DNA of 64,000 nucleotides. It comes from Macrostomum lignano. Its lineage: Eukaryota. The notes under the pieces are model-generated. The model searched no databases, was not told the DNA's origin, and worked only from the letters and a program-made list of their open reading frames with translations. The position numbers were made by a program, and so were the translations under genes. How positions within the stretch are numbered: the first letter of the stretch is position 1; every line of letters starts with the position of its first letter. This document shows, one piece after another, positions 11,661-24,011 of the stretch. The stretch is taken from contig NIVC01001298.1 of the NCBI GenBank assembly GCA_002269645.1, positions 253,963 through 317,962 of the forward strand, in the 5' to 3' direction.

Positions 11661-13712
11661 TCAATGCCCAGCTGCATCAACAATCTTCATCAGCTCGTCC
11701 AGCATCCTGTAGGTGGCCTGACGCCTGTCCTCGGCACCTCTGCTCAGCTGAGCAAAGATTTCTCTCAGCCTGGGATCCGAGCTGGACTCCAGCTGCTTTT
11801 TGTCCATCTCGGGGTGACAGCCGAATAGCAGGGCGCCGCCTGAAGCATTGGGGATGGTTGCTGTTGCTGAGTGTGCTAGAGGAATCTGCATCAGCATGCA
11901 CTGCATCTTGGCATGTACAGTGACTGATTCTGAGAATTTTCGAATCATGAGGTCGCGAAGATCTCGTACCGTACATGAAATCTTGCTGACACACTGGCAT
12001 AGAGTATTGAACCCATTCTCAAGATCTACGAGCTTTAGCTCTAAGTGTAGAATTCTGTAGGTCTAGTCTATGGTTCTATAGAGCTAGTAGGATTCTGTAG
12101 ACTGTAGGTCTAGTCTATGGTTCTATAGAGCTAGTAGGATATTGTAGACTGTAGATCTAGTCTATGGTTCTATAGAGCTAGTAGGATTCTGTAGACTGTA
12201 GATCTAGTCTATGGTTCTATAGAGCTAGTAGGATTCTGTAGACTGTAGGTCTAGTCTATGGTTCTATAGAGCTAGTAGGATTCTGTAGACTGTAGATCTA
12301 GTCTATAGTTCTATAGAGCTAGTAGGATTCTGTAGATCTAGTCTATGGTTCTATAGAGCTAGTAGGATTCTGTAGATCTAGTCTATGGTTCTATAGAGCT
12401 AGTAGGATTCTGTAGACGGTAAGTCTATGGTTCTATAGAGCTAGTAAGATTCTGTAGACGGTAGATCTAGTCTATGGTTCCATAGAGCTAGTAGGATATT
12501 GTAGATCTAGTCTATGGTTCTATAGAGCTAGTAGGATTCTGTAGATCTAGGCTATGGTTCTATAGAGCTAGTAGGATTCTGTAGAGCTAGTAGGATACTG
12601 TAGACTGTAGATCTAGTCTATGGTTCTATAGAGCTAGTAGGATTCTGTAGATCTAGGCTATGGTTCTATAGAGCTAGTAGGATTCTGTAGATCTAGTCTA
12701 TGGTTCTATAGAGCTAGTAGGATATTGTAGACTGTAGATCTAGTCTATGGTTCTATAGAGCTAGTAGGATTCTGTAGACTGTAGATCTAGTCTATGGTTC
12801 TATAGAGCTAGTAGGATTCTGTAGATCTAGGCTATGGTTCTATAGAACTAAGATTCTGTAGACCTAGTTTTCTGTAGATCTAGTCTAGGATTCTATAAAT
12901 CTAGGAATCTTCAGATCTGGGATCCTATGGATCCAACTGGTCAAAGCAGGTGGCGCCCCTTCTTTACATCTCAGTAGACCGTGGCCTGAACCGAACTGCT
13001 ATCATTTATCGCGAATAATCTAGTAGTATGCCATTTAGTAGTACAGTGAGTACTTTATTCGTAAATGTACAAGCCAGAGCTCACCAAGGCCGCACTTCGC
13101 CAGCACAACCGCAGGTTGACCAGCCGCTTCCTCCTCCGTGTACCTCGCCAGCACCTCGGCGCTGTCGGCAGCAGCAGCAGCGGGGTCCTGATTGTCGGGC
13201 ACGAACTTGGGTCCTCCGTTAAAGTACACGTGCACTTTATTGTCACCCTCGAATACGGTGGCATTCTCAACAACTCGCGCTCCGGCCAGCGACTTGTAGT
13301 CGAAACCGGGGAACACCGGACCCACCGCTAGGCCCCTGTACAGACCGAGCCGCGAGCCTAGGACCTCCAGTTCGGGATCACCCTTGGCGAATTCGATCTC
13401 CCGACAGGCAAAGTAGGCACCGGCGCACATACCGAGGTAGCCACAGCTGCCAGACCTCACGCGGCGGGCCAAGTTAGCCATGCCGGCGGCTCCGAGGCGG
13501 CGCACGAAGCCGAGGTCGAAGCCGCCGGGAAAGGCGATCAGCTGAAACCGGCCCAGCGCCGTCAAGTCCTGGAATTCGGCGGCGTCGGCCGTGGTCTCGA
13601 TTCGACACTCCCGACGTCGATTGGCAAAGTAGTCGGTCAGGAATGACAGGAGGTCCTCGCGAGCCTCAGCGTCAGCGCCTTCGCCAGTGTAGACAAGAGC
13701 TGAGATCATCAT
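11661..13712 (-). CDS. Stand-alone BPL_N (biotin-protein ligase N-terminal-like, class I glutamine amidotransferase fold) protein, 268 aa, 2 exons
   Basis: Exon 1 is 13712-13085 (ALVYTGEGA, IAFPGGFDL, GYLGMCAGAYFA, LGLYRGLAVGP, VYFNGGP). Exon 2 is 11839-11661 (GGALLFGCHPE). Phase-1 GT-AG intron; AATAAA-like signals at ~11553-11572 on the minus strand. Confidence 0.85.
12055..12895. repeat. 40/47 bp minisatellite in the BPL_N intron
   Basis: Unit TCTAGTCTATGGTTCTATAGAGCTAGTAGGATTCTGTAGA(CTGTAGA). Confidence 0.95.
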
Positions 13713-13994
13713 TGTCTCAGAGCGGTGGCAGTTGATTATTTTTGCGAGAAATTGACAAGGCCAAGTGCTCACTAAAAATGCTTATATACTCAGCGACAGT
13801 AAGCTACACTGGTTGCAGCTCATGAGCTGATATGGCAAGAACAGTTTTTTCATGTTCTATTTTTAGACTGTCGAAACCTTTCCTCTCACAGTGAGCTGGA
13901 GTTGGCTGCGTAGCTCGTACACCGAGTTTTGTACAAGGCTCTCTCACAGAGTTTATCAAGCTGTTCTGTTCCATTAAAACTCAATTAGAGAATG

Positions 13995-14390
13995 CGGGGG
14001 GCATAGGCAAGGATTTTATTGTAGGGGGACAAATCCAACAATTTCACATGTACATGAATGAATTCCTAGAAGTTCATTATTTTGCGAATAGGTGTTTTCA
14101 GCACTCATTCTGGCGCCGCAGGAACTTAGAGACAGGCACTCATTTTGGCGCCGCAGGCACTCATTTTGGCGCAAGAGACAGGCACTTATTTTGGCGCCAC
14201 AGGCACTCATTTTGGCGCCGCAGGAACTCAGTTTGGCGCCGCAGGAACTCAGTTTGGCGCCGCAGGAACTCAGTTTGGTGCCCTGAAACAAAATTATTGA
14301 TTTTCACATCGGGTCACAAGGTGGGGTGGCTTTTACTGGGGGGGGGGGGCATATCCCCCTGTCCCCCCTCCCGGTGTCGACGCCCCTGAT
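13995..14390. mobile_element. Possible non-autonomous DNA transposon containing a 21 bp repeat (14098-14283)
   Basis: G-rich ends (GGGGGGCATAGGCAAGG... and ...CGACGCCCCTGA) resemble degenerate CAGGGGCG-type termini. Internal TTTGGCGCCGCAGGAACTCAG repeats. No TSD established. Confidence 0.35.
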
Positions 14391-14754
14391 CAAATGTTCA
14401 GTAGTAGCCATCGAACTTTTTGCGCTAATTTTTCTCTGTTTGTATTGCAATGCAAAAATGCAAATCTTTGCGAAAACTGACCAGGTGCTGCGACCTTCAG
14501 TGTCTGCTAGTTTTAAATTTGATCCCGGCAGTTAGAAGCACAACACTGGTTTTCTTTGTTTACTCTGGGTGACTTCTAGCAGTGTTAAATTTGATCCGTC
14601 ACTGGAAAAAGTTAGGAAATATGAGTAGAGGTCAGTTATCTAACGAACAACTAACAAATTTTAAACTTGAATTCAATTATTCTTGTAAGCTGAACAAACC
14701 AAATTGCATGCCTTTTGGGTTACTGGGTTTTTTCAATTCAAACTACCTCAAAAC

Positions 14755-15830
14755 CCGACACCCAAACTGCGCCCTGACACCCAAACTGAGCCCTGACACC
14801 CAAACTGCGCCCTGACACCCAAACTGCGCCCTGACACCCAAACTGCGCCCTGACACCCAAACTGCGCCCTGACACCCAAACTGCGCCCTGACACCCAAAC
14901 TGCGCCCTGACACCCAAACTGCGCCCTGACACCCAAACTGCGCCCTGACACCCAAACTGCGCCCTGACACCCAAACTGAGCCCTGACACCCAAACTGAGC
15001 CCTGACACTCAAACTGAGCCCTGACACCCAAACTGAGCCCTGACACCCAAACTGAGCCCTGACACCCAAACTGAGCCCTGACACCCAAACTGAGCCCTGA
15101 CACCCAAACTGAGCCCTGACACTCAAACTGAGCCCTGACACCCAAACTGAGCCCTGACACCCAAACTGAGCCCTGACACCCAAACTGAGCCCTGACACCC
15201 AAACTGAGCCCTGACACCCAAACTGAGCCCTGACACCCAAACTGAGCCCTGACACCCAAACTGAGCCCTGACACCCAAACTGAGCCCTGACACCCAAACT
15301 GAGCCCTGACACCCAAACTGAGCCCTGACACCCAAACTGAGCCCTGACACCCAAACTGAGCCCTGACACCCAAACTGAGCCCTGACACCCAAACTGAGCC
15401 CTGACACCCAAACTGAGCCCTGACACCCAAACTGAGCCCTGACACCCAAACTGAGCCCTGACACCCAAACTGAGCCCTGACACCCAAACTGAGCCCTGAC
15501 ACCCAAACTGAGCCCTGACACCCAAACTGAGCCCTGACACCCAAACTGAGCCCTGACACCCAAACTGAGCCCTGACACCCAAACTGAGCCCTGACACCCA
15601 AACTGAGCCCTGACACCCAAACTGAGCCCTGACACCCAAACTGAGCCCTGACACCCAAACTGAGCCCTGACACCCAAACTGAGCCCTGACACCCAAACTG
15701 AGCCCTGACACCCAAACTGAGCCCTGACACCCAAACTGAGCCCTGACACCCAAACTGAGCCCTGACACCCAAACTGAGCCCTGACACCCAAACTGAGCCC
15801 TGACACCCAAACTGAGCCCTGACACCCAAA
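14755..15830. repeat. 19 bp minisatellite (CCCTGACACCCAAACTGAG), ~56 copies
   Basis: Highly homogeneous array; the CTGCG variant is confined to the left end. Confidence 0.97.
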
Positions 15831-18570
15831 TGCCGCAAATTTGCAACGTGTGATTTAGAGAAATAAAAAACGACAATAGTACTCTCAACTATAGCTAAGC
15901 TATCTATTCATAACAAAAATTTAAATGTAATTCTGCGGACTATACAAAACTCTAAAAGCGCGTTACGTCGTCGACTCGTCGCATTGACGAAGTGAAAGGA
16001 AAAAATACAAAAAAGTGATGTAGAGAAAAATAAAAGGAATCATCTGGTCTAACATTCTAAATTTGGTGCGCAGAGCCCAAACGGGTGGGCATTTTATTTA
16101 GTTTAAAGCAATTAGGGGCCTGGGTTTACTGCAGCGCGTAGGGGGTGGACTGCGCGACTGAGAAAATAGGCGAGATTGAAGAGCCAATCAGAGGCAGCGA
16201 GGGAGAGAGATGAGAATAACAAGACTGAACTGGACAGACAGGGAGACAAAAGTGCAAATGAACTGAAGAAATGACTAAGAAAGTCACGACACGCACCCCA
16301 AAATGATGCGCTGAACTTTGAATTCGATAAAAGTAAGAATAATTTAAATTAGACAGCGAATTCCAATAGGTGCACAAAACGATTAGAATAGAAGGTACAA
16401 CATTACTGTGAATACAAAACTTGTGGCGAAGTAGTGAATGCAAAATTGATTGAAAGTTTTAGCAATTTCGATTTTAAAGGAATAAATTGTTATAAACCAA
16501 TGATAAAACTGAATAAATCTACCCTGCCTTCAAAGTCTTTCATTTTTAATTGATGACAGCTAGTATAGTATTGGGGAATAAAATCCCGGGATCCCAAGAT
16601 TTTGATTAGGCCTAAATCCCGGGATTGACCATCGGGATCCCGATCACGCTTTGCGATAATTCAATCATTCATTCTCGTGTAGTAGTATCTACAGTACAGT
16701 GAGATACTTGTCAGGTGAAAATCATAACCCAGTTGTCCTACTATATGATTTTGTAGAAGGGCTTATATTTTATTCTAGGAAATTATTATTATTCTAGAAG
16801 TTGAATTCCCGCCAAATAACAACTATCGTATAATTTGTTTTAATGTACCATTTTGTTTTAACGTAGAAATTTTGTTTTAGTAAGGCGAAATAATTTTGTT
16901 TTAGTTTGATGTTGTTTTAATGCATGTTACACGAACCAATTAGACGAGACGTTGACTACTATAAATATAAGGCCAAAATAGAACGTTTCTTTAACCTCGA
17001 CCTTTCGGGTTCCTAACTCAGTTAACAGGAAATTAAGATTTCTTGGTTCTTCTGAATTAGTTATTTGAAGCAGTATTGCAAGCTAAGTTGCCGTGTTGGA
17101 TAGAATTAAGAGTGTTTTTGTCAAAGCAGAAATTGTCGGTCAAGCGTTGTGCCCAGTAAAAGGGTGGAATACCCAGTATAGAGGGTGAAATACCCTGTGT
17201 AAAGGTTGGATTACCCAGGAAGGGAGAATTTTCAGGCTGCTCCAGATAGCGTGATGCAGTTCTAAGTCGTGAGAGACAGTACTTAAAGAAGCCGGAAACC
17301 CCTCGGTCTGTGGTAAACGCCGTGTCTGGACTGGATAATTGTAGGAATTTAGCAGTAGTCAGCAGTGTCTTGCCACTCGGGCACTGAAGCTACCAAGGGT
17401 AATTCGTAGCGACGATAGCCCATAACGTAAAAGTACATATAAGTATAGAAATAGGATCCTTAGAAATAGCAAACTTAGCAGATTTAGTATCGTTCAGTGA
17501 TTAAACTTTAGAATTAAATAGAGAGAGCCAGAAGGCCTGCTACAATTTCTTAAGGTCTTTGGGTCAGTGCTTTTGAGGTCTTGTGCGGTCCCTCCCTCTG
17601 CGGCAAACTGGAGCCAAGGCTGCTCCAATGACGTCATTTTCTTGATGATGCTTTCGTGAAACATTCTTATGATTCTTCTGCGCTCCTACAGAGCACACGA
17701 CACCTCTCGCCAGTTCAGGGGCCGTGAGTTTTCCAGGGACGTCGCCAAGATTATTATTTAGAGGTGGGACGGTTTTGAAAAGTAGGCGCCATTCCGTTTT
17801 AGGAGGCTGCATTTTTTAGTTGAAGGGCAGCCTATTTTATTTGAAGTTCGAGATTTTGTTTCACGAGAAGCCATACCTTATTTGACGAGTGAGGATGGCC
17901 CCTCCTGGTGATTGCAGCAGGGCTTTCAGACTTCTAGTATCCGTGCCTTAACAATCCGTCAACTATTCCAGCATATCGGAAGTGTCCATTCAACGGCTCA
18001 AAGGTCGCCAACCCCAATCCGATAGTTTTGTTTCCGTGTCTCTGATGCACTGAACACAGTTGGGAAACTGCATGCATAAAAAACGCATGCTACGTGTTGT
18101 CTACTGGTCCATTATGGTTAAAATAGAGCCGCAATGCTGATAGAATGCTGCTGCTGCTGCTCCGATAAAACAATCCTATTTGCTCCTACGCACTGCTGAA
18201 GCAAATACCAGTCCTGCCTAAACTGAGTACACATCGGAGCAGTTTGTAGGATCTCTGTTGAGTAAACGCCCCAAGCAGCAACATTAAGCAAATAGTGAAA
18301 TCTAAAAGCTGCAGTGAGTTCTGAGAAACTTACAATCCGAAAGAAAATTAAAAAAATTGCTAATGATTTTCCAACAGTGGGCAGCATCTACTGCATCCCA
18401 GAACACGGAAAGCCAATCCGCAGCATCTGCAAACAGACCGCTAATGGTCCAGCCCATTAACGACAGGGGTAAAATATGGAAGAAAGCCCCCAAAACTCTC
18501 TCAATACTGATAGCTTTGAGTATTGAAGCCAATACGCTCATATTTTCTCTAATACACAGTAAATGGAAAA

Positions 18571-19306
18571 ATGGTTGCTGCACTGCCGGTAAGTCTGTTA
18601 GCCTGGACTTCTGCTGTGGTTTTCGCTGCAGGCTGCAGCAGACGCTGGTGCCAGTACCGGATGCCGCACTGCCTCAACGAGACCTCGGCGCTGACTCGAT
18701 GGAGCTCGCAAAGCCTGCAAGCCTGCGTGTTGAAAGCGAGCAGCGAGCCTGACGACCTGGTGCTTGAGTGGAACAAGCAGACAGGTGTGTGCTCGCTCTT
18801 CCACTACCAGCAGGTGTGTCGCACGATGCAGGCAAGCGGTGCCGTCGCGATCGGAGCTGGAGCTGCAGTGCAGCAGTCGCAGTGCTCGGTGTATCGCGCG
18901 TTGTCGTTGGCGAGCTGCGACGCCTCGCTCGACGCTCAGCTGGTGGGCGTGTGGTTGGCAGGTGGGAGCAGCCGGTTCAGCAACCTGGTGTGCCAGAGCG
19001 ACAGCGGCGGCGGCAGCCACCGACTGGAGAGCGCGAACCTGCAGTGGACTGAGGAGGGCGCCCGCTTCGACGGGACATCGTCGTACGCGCTGCTCGTTCC
19101 ATGCCTTCTACCTGAACGGGGAATTTATCAGCACTGCTTCAAGTGGACTGAAACACAGGACTTTGTTCCCGTGCTACATCGTGTCTGTCGGCCGCCGGTT
19201 CGGCGAGGGCGGCGCCTTCCTGCAGGGAGTTGTGCGGGCTGTGGCGATCGCCAACGCCTCGCTGACTGAGCAGCAGATGAGAGACTTCTTCAGCACTGTG
19301 CCGTAG
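18571..19306 (+). pseudogene. PAN-like/LamG secreted protein copy 1, with an internal deletion and frameshift
   Basis: Matches the paralogs through SSYALL, then jumps to the sequence encoding FHAFYLNG. About 284 bp (equivalent to 21758-22041 of copy 2) is missing, which shifts the frame. The 3' part survives in the 18764-19306 frame. Confidence 0.85.
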
Positions 19307-19789
19307 ACTTGTAATGACGAATATTCTCCCGCTGTCTAAAAGACTTTTTGATAATTTTGTATTTACTGTTTTGGTGTCCAAAAGAAACCTTAGAATTGAA
19401 AACATAAAAAGGTTTTTAGACTCGATGTATCAGTGGGTGATCAAGATTCTTAGCTCCCTGATATTCGTCAGATCACTCTATTTACGCTTGTTTTTATTGT
19501 GCCCCAGCATCGTGAGCGCAGTGGTATCCGTTTTGTTAACCAAGGGCGTTGCGACCTCATTTTCGAGACCTAAGTGTTGTCAAAAGAATTTTGAATATCC
19601 GTTTTGCGACTCTACGGACTCTGCGACTGTGTCCGAAATTCTCTGACTGTCTGTTTAAAGTAGTAAAACACATATTATTACTTCATCTTGTCCCATAATC
19701 AAATTTATTGATTCTTATTTCAGATTTTTCAAGTTTCTATCATTCCCTATTTTAAATTTATGCTTGTTTGTGACTTTTGAGACAGCCCT

Positions 19790-21045
19790 ATGACACCGGC
19801 ACAAGAGACAATGACAGCGGCCCTAGAGACAATGACAGCGGCACTAGAGACAATGACACCGGCACTAGAGACAATGACACCGGCACTAGAGACAATGATA
19901 CCGGCACTAGAGACAATGACAGCGGCACTAGAGACAATGACACCGGCCCTAGAGACAATGACACCGGCCGTAGAGACAATGACACCGGCACTAGAGACAA
20001 TGACACCGGCCCTAGAGACAATGACACCGGCCGTAGAGACAATGACACCGGCCCTAGAGACAGTGACACCGGCCCTAGAGACAGTGACACCGGCCCTAGA
20101 GACAATGACACCGGCCCTAGAGACAGTGACACCGGCCCTAGAGACAGTGACACCGGCCCTAGAGACAATGACACCGGCCCTAGAGACAATGACACCGGCC
20201 CTAGAGACAATGTCACCGGCCCTAGAGACAGTGACACCGGCCCTAGAGACAGTGACACCGGCACAAGAGACAATGACAACGGCCCTAGAGACAATGACAC
20301 CGGCCCTAGAGACAGTGACACCGGCCCTAGAGACAATAACAGCGACCTTAGTAGTGACAATGACACCGGCACAAGAGACAGTGACACCGGCCCTAGAGAC
20401 AGTGACACCGGCACAAGAGACAATGACAACGGCCCTAGAGACAATGACACCGGCCCTAGAGACAGTGACACCGGCCCTAGAGACAATAACAGCGACCTTA
20501 ATAGTGACAATGACACCGGCAATAGAGACAATGACACCGGCCCTAGAGACAGTGACAACGGCCCTAGAGACAGTGACACCGGCCCTAGAGACAGTGACAC
20601 CGGCCCTAGAGACAATGACACCGGCCCTAGAGACAGTGACACCGGCACAAGAGACAATGACACCGGCACAAGAGACAATGACACCGGCCCTAGAGACAGT
20701 GACACCGGCACAAGAGACAATGACACCGGCACAAGAGACAATGACACCGGCCCTAGAGACAATGACACCGGCCCAAGAGACAATAACAGCGACCTTAATA
20801 ATGACAATGACACCGGCCCAAGAGACAATAACAGCGACCTTAATAATGACAATGACACCGGCCCAAGAGACAATAACAGCGACCTTAATAATGACAATGA
20901 CACCGGCCCAAGAGACAATAACAGCGACCTTAATAATGACAATGACACCGGCCCAAGAGACAATAACAGCGACCTTAATAATGACAATGACACCGGCCCA
21001 AGAGACAATAACAGCGACCTTAATAATGACAATGACACCGGCGCA
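19790..21045. repeat. 21 bp and 45 bp composite minisatellite (GACACCGGCCCTAGAGACAAT core)
   Basis: Visible tandem units. It produces long stop-free frames (RDNDTGP and MTPALET repeats) with no signal peptide. Confidence 0.9.
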
Positions 21046-21546
21046 ATGGCCTGGAGCCTATATATAAATCTGAAAGGTAAAGTGCAGCGATTTTTGCTAG
21101 CTGATAAGTTATTGATCTCTTGTGTCTGTTTTTCCAACCTGATTTGGTTGAAAAGTCTATTTAATTAAAACCCGAAGTTTCAAAAAAGAAGTTAAACATG
21201 TCAAATAGCCAACAACTGATAGGCACGCTTTCATACACAAAATTGTTTTCTTGCTTGCTTTGAAAAATTATTCGATTTTGACTCGCTTGTCCAGCGCTTT
21301 CTGTCATCGAGATTGCGAGTGTAAAAATATCGAACTAATAAACTCTGGAAATTGTTTAGAAATCTTCTATATTTCTGCCAGCCACTTTCACTAAAAAGTC
21401 TAGCATCACAAAAAACGTACAACACTTTTTTGCATTTTGATTAGTAATTAATTAATCTATCTGTTCGATGAGAGCGTACATCCAGGACCATCCAGAACGC
21501 TTTACTGCAGCTACAAATTGACCTTAAGATACGTTTTAAACATTGT

Positions 21547-22572
21547 CTACGGCACAGTGCTGAAGAAGTCTCTCATCTGCTGCTCAGTCAGCGAGGCGTT
21601 GGCGATGGCCACAGCCCGCACAACTCCCTGCAGGAAGGCGCCGCCCTCAGCAAACCGGCGGCCAACAGACACGATGTAGCACGGGAACAAAGTCCTGTGT
21701 TTCAGTCCGCTTGAAGCAGTGCTGATAAATTCCCCGTTCAGGTAGAAGGCATGGAATGACTGGCTTGATCCGATGGAGACTCCGATGTCAACCATTGTGC
21801 TCGCGTTGGCAGAAATTGCGTTCAAGTTGGAAAACATCTCGAAATGCCGGTTGGCAGTAGCACTAATCGTGCTGAAGTACATCCTTCCGATCGCATCGTA
21901 CTCCCACAGGTGAGGTCCGAGTACAGAAAAATCCGAGCAGGGCACAGCCTCCATGAAGGGCTGAAGCCTCGGCTCCCTCCTGAGCCTCATCAGCCAAGTG
22001 AAGCTGGCCGACGGGTCGCTCGAGACGAAGCGGCTGTCGTTGAGCAGCGCGTACGACGATGTCCCGTCGAATCGGGCGCCCTCCTCAGTCCACTGCAGGT
22101 TCGCGCTCTCCAGTCGGTGGCTGCCGCCGCTGCCGCTGTCGCTCTGGCACACCAGGTTGCTGAACCGGCTGCTCCCACCTGCCAGCCACACGCCCATCAG
22201 CTGAGCGTCGAGCGAGGCGTCGCAGCTCGCCAACGACAACGCGCGATACACCGAGCACTGCGACTGCTGCACTGCAGCCCCAGCTCCGATCGCGACGGCA
22301 CCGCTTGCCTGCATCGTGCGACACACCTGCTGGTAGTGGAAGAGCGAGCACACACCTGTCTGCTTGTTCCACTCAAGCACCAGGTCGTCAGGCTCGCTGC
22401 TCGCTTTCAACACGCAGGCTTGCAGGCTTTGCGAGCTCCATCGAGTCAGCGCCGAGGTCTCGTTGAGGCAGTGCGGCATCCGGTACTGGCACCAGCACCT
22501 GCCGCAGCTTGCAGAGGCTCCAATGACTGCACCAAAAGTCAGAATTACGATCAAGGAAGAGAGCATCATCAT
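21547..22572 (-). CDS. Secreted PAN-like + LamG/concanavalin-A-like (pentraxin-type) protein copy 2, 341 aa, intronless
   Basis: Hydrophobic signal peptide. Cys-rich N-terminal module SLQAC...EWNKQTGVCSL is PAN/apple-like. LamG_3-type motifs: ARFDGTSSYA, SFTWLMRL, FYLNG, VGRR, LQGVVRAVAIANASLTEQQM. Confidence 0.8.
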   Translation of the reverse strand: MMMLSSLIVILTFGAVIGASASCGRCWCQYRMPHCLNETSALTRWSSQSLQACVLKASSEPDDLVLEWNKQTGVCSLFHYQQVCRTMQASGAVAIGAGAAVQQSQCSVYRALSLASCDASLDAQLMGVWLAGGSSRFSNLVCQSDSGSGGSHRLESANLQWTEEGARFDGTSSYALLNDSRFVSSDPSASFTWLMRLRREPRLQPFMEAVPCSDFSVLGPHLWEYDAIGRMYFSTISATANRHFEMFSNLNAISANASTMVDIGVSIGSSQSFHAFYLNGEFISTASSGLKHRTLFPCYIVSVGRRFAEGGAFLQGVVRAVAIANASLTEQQMRDFFSTVP

Positions 22573-23890
22573 GGTTTGAGTCTTTGCGATATGCGGGGGA
22601 AACGACTTCTTTTATAGAGTTTTCTGCCATTGTAGATTTAAAAAAACTTGTGTTCTTCTCGACAATTTTCTACGCTTTTCCAGATCATCTGACAATGTGG
22701 GCACCCCACTTCCGTTGGTTGGCTTCTTTTTGCCATCAAGGCGGCTGCTTTTTCGTTGTTTTTTTGGAGTTCCGTATGCTTGCGCTTGTATTGCTTTAAG
22801 CTCTCGTGCAGACAATGGAATCAATGCAGTCAATTGAATAAGCTTTTTGTCAGTGATTGTGTGATAAGAAGCCTGTTGCAGTGTTGATGCACAGTTTTTA
22901 AACCGGAAGAGTTTCCGTGGCTTCATGGGTGAATCAGAATCTATTGTTGTTGCGATGCAATTTTTTGCTTCTGTATAGTCCATGAATTAAAAGATTGTTT
23001 CTTTTTAACTTGTATTGTCTTTTCGGTCTTCTGTCTTGAAGAACTCCAGCCTTGAGTTCGTTAGCAGCGTAGACACTTCATGATTCGATATTACAAGCAC
23101 GCTTGAGTCCCGATGCGCGCGCGCTGTGTGAAGATGAGCAACTTAGATTGATTCATTCGACGAGGTTCAAGAACCTCATCGCTCCATCGTGCTCAGAGAC
23201 TGTTTAGATCTCACATACTCTTTGCCAGCTTACAATCACTTAGCTATTCACAACTTTTTTGCACTTACCCTAAAAGATCTACGAGAAAACCAAAACTTTT
23301 TTCTGGCTACTGAGAGTAGACCTGTAGAATGTTTTCCTGACGACGTCATGCAAACTGTGGCCATCGAAAGTTCTCATTACTAAATTGAATTTCTTCTGTA
23401 CCGCTGCGTAAAATGTTTCAGTCATGGAGCAGGAGACGATAATCCTGTATCAATCATTTCAACAAACTGTCTAGGAAATTTCGTGTGCTGCAGTGATTTT
23501 TAAACAGTTTCTGCCATGCTTGCAGCTTTTCTAGTCATGTAGCACTGCAGGCTAGTGTTCAAAACAGAGTTTAAAAATTGACGTCACCTTTGCACGTGAC
23601 TGAGACGTCATATCGCTATCCAACACTCGATGGTAAATAGCTCGTACTGTGTAAGCATGCGGCAACTTGCGAAGAGATCAATTTACCAAGGTGGATTTCC
23701 TCTATTTGCTAAAAGATAAATGTAATGAAAATAAATTCTAGTTTCTTTGTAAAATCGACAGAGAAGGACTTAGCTGTAAAAAATAACAAGAAAAAATGGA
23801 AGCTTATGCCGAAGTAATGTTGTACTTCGCAGGTCAAGAGCCTGGAGCTTTCAATGACCATATTGTTGACACAGCGTGATCTTACTAGTA

Positions 23891-24011
23891 TGTTCCACTC
23901 AAGCACATGCAGGTCGTCAGGCTCGCTGCTCGCTTTCAACACGCAGGCTTGCAGGCTTTGCGAGCTCCATCGATTCAGCGCCGAGGTCTCGTTCAGTCAG
24001 TGCGGCATCCG
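23891..24011 (-). pseudogene. Fragment of a PAN-like/LamG paralog
   Basis: About 120 bp nearly identical to the MPHCLNETSAL...LVLEWN segment, with a small insertion; the rest is absent. Confidence 0.8.

Noticed and set aside
14738-15888. 366-381 aa minus-strand ORFs
   Set aside because: Products of the stop-free 19 bp repeat.
22612-23560. 123 aa Lys/Arg-rich ORF and nearby coding-like sequence upstream of copy 2
   Set aside because: No recognisable domain; weak similarity to the copy 3 upstream region suggests decayed duplicated flank.
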